From Spirochaetota bacterium (GTDB lineage Bacteria; Spirochaetota; UBA4802; JAFGDQ01), in NCBI GenBank assembly GCA_043803405.1, contig JAZDKB010000052.1:1-38218 (forward strand): a stretch of 38,218 nucleotides of DNA, written 5' to 3'. Both the position numbers and the translations under genes were made by a program. The notes beneath the pieces are model-generated. The model did no database searches, was not told the origin of the DNA, and saw only the letters and a list, made by a program, of their open reading frames with translations. Below, piece after piece: positions 8,538 to 18,402 of this stretch. How positions within the stretch are numbered: position 1 is the first letter of the stretch; every line of letters begins with the position of its first letter.

Positions 8538-9088
8538 CACGAGCAATGCACATCATCACAGTTGTTCTTTTTCCCCAAAAGAAGAAATGTTAAGTAACCT
8601 GCAACATTATATTTACACAGATTATAATGGCTGTAATGGAGATGAAGGCATTTAATCGCGCTTAAATCCCGGATCCCCCCGATGCCGGATTCGGTGAAAT
8701 CGAATTCATCCGCCATTAAACTACCTGCGTATTTTTTAAAAATAATATTTCTTGTAAAATAATAATCCGCATGAGCTTTCAGCATTTTCAATTTTAAATG
8801 CTGACTGTTTTGTATAACTGCTTTAATTTTTTTTATATATGATGCGTTTTCCAGCTCATGTATTTTATAATTCAGATAAGGGCATGTAAGCCAGATTATG
8901 TTTGATACTGCTTCATGATTTAACTGATTTACTCCTTCTGCTTTTTTTACAGGCCTCTGAAATATTATTTGAGGGAATCCGTATTTGCATCTTTTAAATA
9001 TCCCGCATGCAGATACGTCTTTGCTTCCGAGCTGTTTTTTAATTAACTCTAAATCGCCGGAATTATAGTTTTCAAAATAAGAAGGCAT
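8528..9088 (-). CDS. DUF501 family protein (Rv1025-like)
   Basis: RCKYGFPQII, WLTCPYL...IHELE, GIGG...IKCLHLHYSH motifs. Confidence 0.85.
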   Translation of the reverse strand: MPSYFENYNSGDLELIKKQLGSKDVSACGIFKRCKYGFPQIIFQRPVKKAEGVNQLNHEAVSNIIWLTCPYLNYKIHELENASYIKKIKAVIQNSQHLKLKMLKAHADYYFTRNIIFKKYAGSLMADEFDFTESGIGGIRDLSAIKCLHLHYSHYNLCKYNVAGYLTFLLLGKKNNCDDVHCSCYK

Positions 9089-9126
9089 TGATAATCATTT
9101 ATCCAAGTATTCTATTACTAATAAAA

Positions 9127-12039
9127 TCACAGCACCTTTACAAGCACCGGCATTTCTTTCTCATTATAAGCTTCCTCAAAAGCGCTCTGCCCGCCAAGTA
9201 TCTTGACAATGCCGCTTCCGGAGACTTCGCCGAGCACTTCTGCGAACGCTTTGAAATCGGCCGCGGATGTCCTTAGCACTTCATCACGCATCTGCTGTCT
9301 GTCCTCGTCCGAGTTACCGACAAGGGAACGCAATAGCGAAGTATATCCTTTAGCATCCGGCAGCATGTACGAATCGATGTCTCCGATTGCGCCTATAATG
9401 CTTTTCTGAAGTTCTGTCTCAGCTATATTCAACTTCTTTAAAAATACAGCCGCTTCATCATAAATCCTTAAAGTCTTTTTTAAATTCGGATCGCGATATG
9501 ATAGAAAAGTCAGCACACCCGACATGCGGTTAAACTGACACATCGCGCCGTACGCGCCGCCCTGAACCCGGACATGCTCCCAGAGATAATTTGTTCTCAG
9601 ATAGTGAGTAATTACATTTATTGAACCATGATACTTATATCCTAATTTATAAATGTCTGCGCCCTTGCCCACATAATTTACCTGTGCAGGTATCACAAGC
9701 CCTTCAAATTCAGGACTATTCACTACAGGCCAGGCAGCACTATCGTAACGGTTGTCAGGGAAGGAACGCGTCAATGTATCAACGCGATCTTTGCAGCTGT
9801 TCCAGTTCTTTTCATCAAGAGTGGCATTAATAATAATATTTTTATTGCATACAAGAATTTTGCGTATCTCCTCAAGGTCAATAAGCACACTCTTCCAGTT
9901 ATTATCGATTCTGTCAGCAAGCTCCCTTAAAAAGAAGAGAGAAGTAATACCGCATATCTGCTCATCTGCCCAGCCCGCTTTATTGTAATGCGAATTAATC
10001 CTCACATTTACAATGCGATTGCCTGCTGGAACTATGCCTTGTTCCAGTGCGGATTTTGTTTCCAGGACAATCTGTTTAAAGCGCTCGCGGTTATCGAAAC
10101 GGACCAGAAAGAGCACGTCTTTTATAATTTCCAGCAGATCGTCCGTCTGATGCAAAAGTGCTTTGCACCGGAAAAACAGCCATGTAGCAGCTTCATTCGA
10201 ATTATTAACTAACGACGAAAACATACTTCTGCCGATGCCGCCCGTTTTCCGGTTTATCCTCTGTGAAAAGGATACGTAGTCTTCTTTTTCAGTGCCCATT
10301 TCCATGAGAGCTTTTCCGAAAACGCTCATATAAGGAATATACTTTTCCGGAAGTGAATTAAGGCTTAAACCGAGATCAAAATACAGAATTCCGTTCGTAA
10401 AAATATCATGATAATAACACCCTACATTCTTTTTTTCCAGTGCTAGCGGAATAATTTTATTTGTTTTTTCGATCTCGGAAAGCTTAAGGAAAGGGATGGA
10501 AGCAATTGCTTCTACGCTGTCCGGGGTCTGCTGCATTAGTTTTAATTTTTCAGTATTGCTTATTACATGAAGTATGTTTTCATTGCTCATCGACAGCATC
10601 TTCTGTTCAAGAAGGCTTTGCTCAAGCGCTCGTTCCTTTTCGCCAAGCGATGTATCCGGAACAAGCAGTACGGTTGCCCTGTGCCTGTTCGCAATAAAAA
10701 ATTCCTTAATGATTTCATTAAAGTATAAAGGATTCGACGCATAATTATTTTTAATTTTTTGTAAAGGCTCCTCAAAAGCGACCATTGAGAGCGGATCGGA
10801 ATCGTACAGCCATGTTGTAAGAGACTTCAGCATCAGTGAAAGTCCGCGCGGATAACTTCCTGTGTTATTTTCGCGCAGTGAAAATTCTATTATATTAAAA
10901 GCTGCCTCTATAGTAAGCGGATCTATGCCCTTCTCTGACAAATCTTCCAAAGTCTGCATAATCAAAGATTCAATCTTATCCGCATTTCCTGTATCGATGC
11001 CCTTTAGCCCCGTAGAAAAATACAATTGCCTTAATTCGTTTTCGAGCCCCGTTCCGGCAAGCCTTTCCCCAAGGCCGGATTCAATAAGCGCTTTCTTTAA
11101 CGGCGATGATGGCATTCCCAGAAGAATATAACTCAATACCTGAGCGGCAAAGTTTTTTTCGGCATCTGTTGTATCGCCCAACATCCAGTTGACAGTTATT
11201 ATCCCTTTGGGTTTTTTGCCTTCCTCTGTCTCTGCAACGAACGGGATTTCGACTTTTTTTGGAGCGGCAAACCCATCCTGGAGTCCGATTGAGGAATCGA
11301 TTTCTATCTTTTTAAAATCTTTAAGATATTCGTTTAATAATTTTAAACGCTCTTCGGGATTGTCGTTACCATAGAAAAATATCCTGGAATTGGAAGGATG
11401 ATAATAATTCTTATGGAATTTAGTAAAGTTTTCGTACGTGAGCTGCGGGATTTCTTTCGGGTCGCCGCCTGATTCGAAACCGTATGTATTATCAGGAAAC
11501 ACAGACTGCTGGGAATAGCGTGCCATAAGGCTATCGGGCGATGAATACGCTCCCTTCATCTCATTATAAACAACGCCTTTAATCTTAAGCGGTTCGTTTA
11601 TCTTTGTAAGCTCATAATGCCAGCCCTCCTGCTCAAATATCATGGGATCTATGCGCGGGTAAAACACGGCATCGAGATATACATCAATCAGGTTATAAAA
11701 ATCATTCAGATTCTGGCTGGCTACCGGATAACAGGTTTTATCAGGATAAGTGAATGCGTTAAGGAAAGTCTGAAGCGAGCTCTTTAAGAGTTCTACGAAA
11801 GGCTCTTTGACAGGATATTTTCTGGACCCGCACAATACGGAATGTTCAAGGATGTGCGGAACGCCTGTTGAGTCGCCTACAGGCGTGCGGAACGTAATGC
11901 CGAACACTTTATTGTCATCATCATTGACAATCGATAAAAGCTCCGCGCCAGTCTTTATATGCCTGTAAATAAAAGCTTCGGAGTTCAGCTCCGTTATTTT
12001 TTGCTTTTTTACAAGTTCAAATCCGTATATCTTCGCCAT
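9127..12039 (-). CDS. M16C insulinase-family Zn peptidase (presequence protease PreP-like)
   Basis: Inverted zinc motif HILEH-SVLCGSRKYPVKEPF; LNAFTYPDKTCYP; VYNEMKG; VRVQGGAYGA; SYRDP. Confidence 0.93.
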   Translation of the reverse strand: MAKIYGFELVKKQKITELNSEAFIYRHIKTGAELLSIVNDDDNKVFGITFRTPVGDSTGVPHILEHSVLCGSRKYPVKEPFVELLKSSLQTFLNAFTYPDKTCYPVASQNLNDFYNLIDVYLDAVFYPRIDPMIFEQEGWHYELTKINEPLKIKGVVYNEMKGAYSSPDSLMARYSQQSVFPDNTYGFESGGDPKEIPQLTYENFTKFHKNYYHPSNSRIFFYGNDNPEERLKLLNEYLKDFKKIEIDSSIGLQDGFAAPKKVEIPFVAETEEGKKPKGIITVNWMLGDTTDAEKNFAAQVLSYILLGMPSSPLKKALIESGLGERLAGTGLENELRQLYFSTGLKGIDTGNADKIESLIMQTLEDLSEKGIDPLTIEAAFNIIEFSLRENNTGSYPRGLSLMLKSLTTWLYDSDPLSMVAFEEPLQKIKNNYASNPLYFNEIIKEFFIANRHRATVLLVPDTSLGEKERALEQSLLEQKMLSMSNENILHVISNTEKLKLMQQTPDSVEAIASIPFLKLSEIEKTNKIIPLALEKKNVGCYYHDIFTNGILYFDLGLSLNSLPEKYIPYMSVFGKALMEMGTEKEDYVSFSQRINRKTGGIGRSMFSSLVNNSNEAATWLFFRCKALLHQTDDLLEIIKDVLFLVRFDNRERFKQIVLETKSALEQGIVPAGNRIVNVRINSHYNKAGWADEQICGITSLFFLRELADRIDNNWKSVLIDLEEIRKILVCNKNIIINATLDEKNWNSCKDRVDTLTRSFPDNRYDSAAWPVVNSPEFEGLVIPAQVNYVGKGADIYKLGYKYHGSINVITHYLRTNYLWEHVRVQGGAYGAMCQFNRMSGVLTFLSYRDPNLKKTLRIYDEAAVFLKKLNIAETELQKSIIGAIGDIDSYMLPDAKGYTSLLRSLVGNSDEDRQQMRDEVLRTSAADFKAFAEVLGEVSGSGIVKILGGQSAFEEAYNEKEMPVLVKVL

Positions 12040-12277
12040 GATCTTCCTTTTGAAATAATTTTATTTTAAAACATAATAAAGAGTATTTACTTAACAGTCA
12101 AGATATTATAAAATATTATTTTATGTATTTATTGTAGACAAATACAATAATAGCATTTATAAAATTATCTTAACTCAACTCAAAATTAATTTTTATATTC
12201 GATAGAATGAAGTACATTACAAAATTAATTTAAGAAGAGTTCTTATATTATTCATATTGCGTCAATGGAGATGGATC

Positions 12278-12838
12278 ATGGAACTGAAAGAAGCTATTAT
12301 AACCAGAAGAAGCATAAGAAAATTTACGGACTATTATGTAACCGATGAAGAAATAAAAGAAGTTATCGAAGCTGCAAGATGGGCTCCCTCATGGGCAAAC
12401 ACTCAGTCATGGACGTTTATAATTATAAGAAATAAAAATATTATTGAGCAGGTAACGCAAACGTTTTCCAAGATCAATCCCGCAAGACAATGCGCAAGTT
12501 CCGCATCCGCGCTCATTGCAGTATGTGCTAAAAAAGGCCTTGCCGGATGCAAGAATGGGGCCGAACTGACAAGTTTGAACAACTGGTTTATGTTCGATCT
12601 TGGATTGGCAGTGCAGAATCTATGTTTAAAAGCTCACGATATTGGGCTTGGTACTGTTATAGTTGGCCTTCTCGATCATCAAAGCTGTAAACGGATTCTC
12701 TCCATTCCCAAAGATCACGAATTAGCGGCAATAATCCCAATCGGCAAATCCGATGAAAAAGAAAAAAGTGCGCCTGTCAGAAAAACGTTAAATACAATGA
12801 CTCATCTTGATACTTTCGGGAATGCATTTGTCGTTTAG
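12278..12838 (+). CDS. Nitroreductase family protein
   Basis: Start at ATG 12278 (SD GGAG); RRSIRKF, ARWAPSWANTQSW, QNLCLKAHDIGLGT. Confidence 0.92.
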   Translation: MELKEAIITRRSIRKFTDYYVTDEEIKEVIEAARWAPSWANTQSWTFIIIRNKNIIEQVTQTFSKINPARQCASSASALIAVCAKKGLAGCKNGAELTSLNNWFMFDLGLAVQNLCLKAHDIGLGTVIVGLLDHQSCKRILSIPKDHELAAIIPIGKSDEKEKSAPVRKTLNTMTHLDTFGNAFVV

Positions 12839-12908
12839 ATTGTGCCCCAAAACCTATTATGATATCGTAATACGAGATAATAATAATATAGGTTTTAGTA
12901 TACATTCT
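12837..12908. mobile_element. Putative MITE-like inverted-repeat element
   Basis: Arms 12837-12855 and 12890-12908 are 14/19 complementary, with an internal TCGTA-A-TACGA palindrome. It fills the gap between two convergent stop codons. A related half-copy is at 34710-34742. Confidence 0.5.
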
Positions 12909-13573
12909 CAGACTATTAACCCGTTTTCCTGAAAGCTGTAATATCCTCTTTTCGAAATTATAACATGATCGATAATATTTATCCCCAGGATCCTGCCTGC
13001 CTGAACAAGCTGATCCTGTATCTGCAGATCGCTTTTGCTTGGAGTTAGTTCTCCGGAAGGATGATTATGTGCAAATATGACCGAAGCTGCCCTGTCGGTT
13101 ATTACATCTGCAAAAACTTCCCTTGGATGCACCTGGCAGTTATTCAGAAGCCCTACAGTTATAAGTCTTTTTTCGATTACTTCGTTTGCTCCATTAAGAG
13201 AAATGCATACAAAGTACTCCTGCTGTTTGCTCACTATATCTGCAAGCAAAGGCAAAACGTGTTTTGGTTCCGTAATTATTAAAGCGTCTCTTGAAAGATA
13301 CCTTCTTGCAAGCTCGAATCCGGATAATATCTGCGAAGCCTTTGCAAGCCCAACACCGCCGATGCTCACCAGATCATCGAGCAGCAGGCTGCCTTTTTTT
13401 TCTGCAACCAGCTTTGCTATTTTCGCTGCCAGAGTCATTACATCCTGATCTTTATTTCCGCTGCCTAAAATTACTGCGATCAATTCCGTATCCGACAAGG
13501 ACCCTGGCCCGCGCTCTTTTAATTTCTCACGGGGACGCGAGAACTCGGGCATATCTTTTATGCTTCTCTTCAT
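12908..13573 (-). CDS. radC: RadC family JAB-domain protein
   Basis: RPREKL...LSDTELIAVILGSG; GVGLAKA HhH; VHPREVF, HNHPSG...PSKSD, IDHVII. Confidence 0.93.
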   Translation of the reverse strand: MKRSIKDMPEFSRPREKLKERGPGSLSDTELIAVILGSGNKDQDVMTLAAKIAKLVAEKKGSLLLDDLVSIGGVGLAKASQILSGFELARRYLSRDALIITEPKHVLPLLADIVSKQQEYFVCISLNGANEVIEKRLITVGLLNNCQVHPREVFADVITDRAASVIFAHNHPSGELTPSKSDLQIQDQLVQAGRILGINIIDHVIISKRGYYSFQENGLIV

Positions 13574-13706
13574 TTTAAATTAAACTTTTCTAAAAAGTAT
13601 AGAACTAATGCCACACGAACGCTTTAACATATTTTATACTCTTTATGCTCCCTGGGTTTAACTAAAAAATACTGAAATTTTAAGCCGGTAAAAAATCACG
13701 TAATAA

Positions 13707-14888
13707 TTATCGCGCTTCGCCGCTGCGGCGTAAAAATGCCGGAATCTCAAGATCCTCCAGGGAATAATCTTTTGCCCTCTTTTTCTCGTAATCCAGGGAG
13801 AATGTATGCATACCCGGAATCCTTCTCTCTATCCTTTCATCTTTAGCACTGTCCCTGCCTTCAATAAGAGTCAGAGAAGTCCCTGTTTTGGTGTCCATTT
13901 CCCTTGCCGGTTTCTTGTTAAGCAAATTTTTCTTTTTATCGAAACCGGTCGCAATTACTGTAACGCGCATCCTGTCATCCAGCGCAGGATCGATCGTGGT
14001 GCCAAAAATTATATTGGCTTCTGTATCGACCTGACGAGTAATAATATCCGTTACCTCATTCACTTCGTGCAACGAAAGATCGTTGCCGCCTGCAATGTTT
14101 ATCAGGACAGCTTTTGCTCCTTCAATGCTTATTTCTTCGAGAAGCGGGCTGTTGATAGCCATCTGGGTTGCTTCGATTGCCTTGTTTTCGCCGGAGCCGA
14201 TCCCGACGCCCATCAGCGCATCGCCTGTCTCTTTCATTACAGTTCTTACATCCGCGAAGTCGACATTCACAAGGCCGGTCACCATAATGAGATCGGCTAT
14301 TCCCTGAACGCCCTGTCTTAGTATATCATCCGCCAGTTTAAAGGCTTCGTCAATCGGGGTTTTTCTGTCTATTATTTTCAGAAGTAAATCGTTCGGAATG
14401 GTGATAAGCGTATCGACTTTTGATTTTAAATTATTTATCCCTTCCATTGCCCTGTCCATTCTTCGTTTTCCTTCGACTCTGAACGGTTTTGTCACAACAC
14501 CGACTACCAGGGAATTATTTTCTTTGGCTACTTCAGCAACAATTGGAGCTGCTCCCGTACCTGTACCGCCGCCCATGCCTGCAGTAATAAATACCAAATC
14601 CGCACCTTTCAATGCCTTATGCAGCTTGTCCCTGTCCTCGTTTGCAGCATCTTTGCCGATCTGAGGATCAGCGCCTGCTCCGAGGCCTCTGGTCAATTTG
14701 TTCCCGATCTGTATTTTAACCGGAGCCATTGAATCCTTCAACTGCTGGGCATCTGTGTTTACAACAATAAAATCAACATTATCCATCCTGGTGGCTATCA
14801 TCCTGTTGACAGCATTATTTCCTGCTCCTCCAACACCAACAACTTTAATTGAAGTTGTTAATTCTTTCTCTTCTTCCAATCTAAACAT
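13707..14888 (-). CDS. ftsZ: Cell division GTPase FtsZ
   Basis: [24 protein letters not shown] tubulin signature, NVDFAD T7 loop, LEIPAFLRR tail. Confidence 0.99.
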   Translation of the reverse strand: MFRLEEEKELTTSIKVVGVGGAGNNAVNRMIATRMDNVDFIVVNTDAQQLKDSMAPVKIQIGNKLTRGLGAGADPQIGKDAANEDRDKLHKALKGADLVFITAGMGGGTGTGAAPIVAEVAKENNSLVVGVVTKPFRVEGKRRMDRAMEGINNLKSKVDTLITIPNDLLLKIIDRKTPIDEAFKLADDILRQGVQGIADLIMVTGLVNVDFADVRTVMKETGDALMGVGIGSGENKAIEATQMAINSPLLEEISIEGAKAVLINIAGGNDLSLHEVNEVTDIITRQVDTEANIIFGTTIDPALDDRMRVTVIATGFDKKKNLLNKKPAREMDTKTGTSLTLIEGRDSAKDERIERRIPGMHTFSLDYEKKRAKDYSLEDLEIPAFLRRSGEAR

Positions 14889-15041
14889 AACTGCCCCCTG
14901 TATTTAGTATTTTTATCCTGCTAACCTAATGTCGAAAATTTTAAATTTTAACTAAAAAATATAAAGCCTGTTTAAAATAATATTATGTCTCATTGCAGCA
15001 TGCTGCTTTAGTCTGAGCTTGCTCAATAAGTATTGACGTCT

Positions 15042-16274
15042 TTATAAATAATCTTCAAACCAGCGTTTTAACTTTTTACCAATACTGCTGATTCCGCTCT
15101 CCCTGCCGACCTTTGCCCTGCCTTTCTGGAATTCCCTCATCTTTAAACCGTACATCAGCAAGCCTACGCCGCTTGTATATTGCGGAGTCGCTACAACTTC
15201 TTTTAAGCCGGCGACTGTCTTTGTTATACCTATACGCACCGGCATATTAAATACTCTCTCAGCCGCTTCAATGCAGCCTTCAATCATGCTTCCGCCGCCG
15301 GTTATTACTACACCTGCAGTAAGCACATCCTTCCTTCCGCTCTTTAAAAGCTCCCGGTCAACCATCTCAAGTATTTCCATCATTCTTGGTTCAATTATCT
15401 GGGCAAGCTCCTGCTTAAAAATCCTGCGCGGCGCCCTTCCGCCTACTGACGGGACCTCAATAGAAACAGAGGCATCTACTATATCCGTTACAGCACAGCC
15501 GTCTTTCTTCTTTATCATTTCCGCAGACTCAAGAGGAGTTCTGAGCCCGATCGATATATCATTAGTTACGTGTATTCCTCCGACTGCCAGTACAGTTGAA
15601 TAGGCCACACCTCCCTCGAAATAAATAATAATGTCCGTTGTTCCGCCCCCTATATCTATAAGGACAACGCCGAGATCCTTCTCATCCTGGTTGAGCACCG
15701 ATTCGGAGCAGGCCAGCGGAGACGATATCACATCCGTGCACTGAAAGCCGGATTTCACAACAGCTTTAATCAAATTTTGAATGCTGCTCGCAGCAGCAGT
15801 TATTATATGCACTTCGGCTTCCAGCCTTACGCCATTCATTCCGATTGGATCCTTTATACCGGTCTGGTCGTCTACTGAAAATTCCTTTGAAAGAACATGG
15901 AGTATTTCCCTGTCAGCCGGAACAACAATTGCCTGAGCTGCGTCAATTACCCTTCGTATTTCAAGCTGAGTTATTGTTCTGTTACGGTTGGATATTGCAA
16001 CTACCCCCCTTGAATTTTCGCCCTTAAGATGCTGCCCTGTTATGCCGGCATAGACTTCCGATATCTCGTATCCGGCCATCAGTTCCGCTTCTTCAATGGC
16101 TTTCATGATCGAAGAGGCCGTATTATCTATGTTAACAACAACTCCGTTTTTTAATCCCTTTGACGGAGCAACACCGACGCCGGCTATCTCAACCTGATTA
16201 TTCTCATTCATGAAACCTATTACGGCACATGTCTTTGTAGTCCCAATGTCAAGGCCAACTGCTACATTGTCCAT
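15042..16274 (-). CDS. ftsA: Cell division protein FtsA
   Basis: GLDIGTTK, DPIGMNGVRLEA, IDIGGGTT, VITGGGS. Confidence 0.98.
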   Translation of the reverse strand: MDNVAVGLDIGTTKTCAVIGFMNENNQVEIAGVGVAPSKGLKNGVVVNIDNTASSIMKAIEEAELMAGYEISEVYAGITGQHLKGENSRGVVAISNRNRTITQLEIRRVIDAAQAIVVPADREILHVLSKEFSVDDQTGIKDPIGMNGVRLEAEVHIITAAASSIQNLIKAVVKSGFQCTDVISSPLACSESVLNQDEKDLGVVLIDIGGGTTDIIIYFEGGVAYSTVLAVGGIHVTNDISIGLRTPLESAEMIKKKDGCAVTDIVDASVSIEVPSVGGRAPRRIFKQELAQIIEPRMMEILEMVDRELLKSGRKDVLTAGVVITGGGSMIEGCIEAAERVFNMPVRIGITKTVAGLKEVVATPQYTSGVGLLMYGLKMREFQKGRAKVGRESGISSIGKKLKRWFEDYL

Positions 16275-16292
16275 TTCATTCTCCTCGAATAT

Positions 16293-16982
16293 TCACTTTA
16301 ATATACCAGCGCCATTAAGTATACTAAAAGTATGAGGATAATATTTTATCCTGTCAAAATATCCTGCCGCATAATTCAGTTTATTGAAATTATCTTTATC
16401 GGGCCGTACAATAAAAACAGTTCTTCTGCCTCTAAGAAGCAATTTAATATTTAAAAAATCAGTACAATCAATTTCCGTTATTTCCTTAATAACGCTCAAA
16501 CCGGATTTATTCAGCCCTGATAAGAGATTAAGGAATCTTTTCAATCTGGCTGAGATCATGTTGCTTTTAACATCCTCTCTGGATATAACAATCACTGGCT
16601 TATCCGGAGCATGAAAGCGTCCTACAGAAACAATATTAAAATCTTTGCCTATCTCAACCGGGATATTTTTTTCACCGTCCCTAATGCTCAGTAAAAATAT
16701 CGGCTGATTCTCAACAATACTTATCGAAAGAGTTTGATTCGATTCGGTTAATTTAAAAGTATTTATCATCGGATGATTATTTAATACATTTTCCAGTGAA
16801 TTAATATCTATAATTATGCTTTTCTCTTTAATGCTTAAATCTACTTTATCAATAATTTCATATTTTGAAAGGTATTTAATATCTTTAAATTCTATTGATT
16901 TATATATCTTAATATCTTTTTTAGCGAATAGCGACTGCGCGCTTAAAAAGCTTATAAGTAACATGAATAATATTTTTTTCAT
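16293..16982 (-). CDS. ftsQ: FtsQ/DivIB-like POTRA protein (divergent)
   Basis: Position between murC and ftsA; POTRA-like pattern YLSKYEII...IDINSLENVLNNHPMI...TLSISIVENQP. Confidence 0.65.
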   Translation of the reverse strand: MKKILFMLLISFLSAQSLFAKKDIKIYKSIEFKDIKYLSKYEIIDKVDLSIKEKSIIIDINSLENVLNNHPMINTFKLTESNQTLSISIVENQPIFLLSIRDGEKNIPVEIGKDFNIVSVGRFHAPDKPVIVISREDVKSNMISARLKRFLNLLSGLNKSGLSVIKEITEIDCTDFLNIKLLLRGRRTVFIVRPDKDNFNKLNYAAGYFDRIKYYPHTFSILNGAGILK

Positions 16983-17017
16983 TACTCTTCTATAAAAATT
17001 ATAAAGAATTTATATTG

Positions 17018-18385
17018 TCATTTTCTCAACGTATTGAGTATCATTGGCCCTGCTTTATATATATCGCCTGCGCCAAGTGTGAGCACAATGTCACCCTTCT
17101 TCGCAGTACTGACCACCAGACCGGCAATATCCTCAAGACGAGAAACAATATTAACTTTTTTCCCGTCATGTTTTTCAATTGAATCTTTAAGTAACGCAGA
17201 CGAAACACCCTCAATCGGTTCTTCTCCTGCAGGATATATCTCTGTCAGAATAACTTCATCCGCGTTTCCGAATGCTGTGCCGAAATCCTCCCATAACAGC
17301 TGCGTCCTTGTGTATCTGTGAGGCTGGAACAGTACAATTATTCTCCTTCCCATGCTTCGTATTGCCTGAAGCGTAGCCTTGATCTCTGTAGGGTGATGAC
17401 CGTAATCGTCAAAAACAGTAATACCCTTCTCCTCCCCGATTTTTTCAATTCTTCTCCCTACTCCCTTAAATTCTTTAAGCCCTTCTTTTATAACCTGGAA
17501 ATCCAATCCCAGTTCAAGCGCAACTGTAATTACAGCGAGCGAATTCAATACATTGTGATTACCCAGCAAACCGATCTCAACCTTGCCGAGAAGGTCGTTT
17601 TTAAAATAACAATCGTATACCGTTCTGTCCGGCAAACATTTGACATCCGAAGCATGAAAATCCGCGTTCCCGGAAAAACCGTATGTAACGTACGGCCTTT
17701 CGATTTTTGGAATAAGCTCGGCAATAATATTATCATCTATGCAAAGAACGGAATAGCCATAAAACGGAATATTGTTAACATATTGAAGAAACGCGTCCTT
17801 GAGCCCTTCAAAATATTTATAATGATCCAGATGGTCAGCATCGATATTTGTGACCACTGTTATAGTCGGCAAAAGCCTTAGAAACGATCCGTCCGATTCA
17901 TCAGCTTCAAATACAATATAATCACCTTCTCCTATCCTGGCATTGGAATCGAAATTCAAAACCTTTCCGCCTACTATCGCAGTCGGATTAATCCCGCCCC
18001 TGTAAAGAATATATGAAAGCATTGATGAAGTAGTTGTTTTGCCATGTGTTCCTGCCACACCTATGCTGTGCTTTAATCGAACGAGTTCCGCCAGCATTTC
18101 CGATCTGTGAATTATCGGGATGCGTCTTTTTCTGGCTTCTATTATCTCCGGATTTGCTGGATTTATGGCGCTCGATGTTACCACGACATTGTAATCATTT
18201 ATATTTGAAAGATTATGGCCAATGAATATTTTCGCGCCCAGCGACGCAAGCCTCCTCGTTATATCCGATTCTCTTATGTCCGATCCGGATACCTTATAAC
18301 CGAGATTAATCAGTATCTCGGCGATCCCGCTCATGCCGATACCGCCAATACCGATAAAGTGCATTTTTTCCGATTTTCTGAACAA
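17018..18385 (-). CDS. murC: UDP-N-acetylmuramate--L-alanine ligase
   Basis: HFIGIGGIGMSG, AGTHGKTTTS, EADESDGSF, DDYGHHPTE, FQPHRYTR; TTG start with SD AGGAG. Confidence 0.98.
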   Translation of the reverse strand: MFRKSEKMHFIGIGGIGMSGIAEILINLGYKVSGSDIRESDITRRLASLGAKIFIGHNLSNINDYNVVVTSSAINPANPEIIEARKRRIPIIHRSEMLAELVRLKHSIGVAGTHGKTTTSSMLSYILYRGGINPTAIVGGKVLNFDSNARIGEGDYIVFEADESDGSFLRLLPTITVVTNIDADHLDHYKYFEGLKDAFLQYVNNIPFYGYSVLCIDDNIIAELIPKIERPYVTYGFSGNADFHASDVKCLPDRTVYDCYFKNDLLGKVEIGLLGNHNVLNSLAVITVALELGLDFQVIKEGLKEFKGVGRRIEKIGEEKGITVFDDYGHHPTEIKATLQAIRSMGRRIIVLFQPHRYTRTQLLWEDFGTAFGNADEVILTEIYPAGEEPIEGVSSALLKDSIEKHDGKKVNIVSRLEDIAGLVVSTAKKGDIVLTLGAGDIYKAGPMILNTLRK

Positions 18386-18402
18386 AATAAACTCCTGAAA
18401 AA

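Noticed and set aside
12908..13573. radC as a marker of a mobile or anti-defence island
   Set aside because: It is the full-length chromosomal HhH+JAB type, next to ftsZ, with no integrase or cargo genes.
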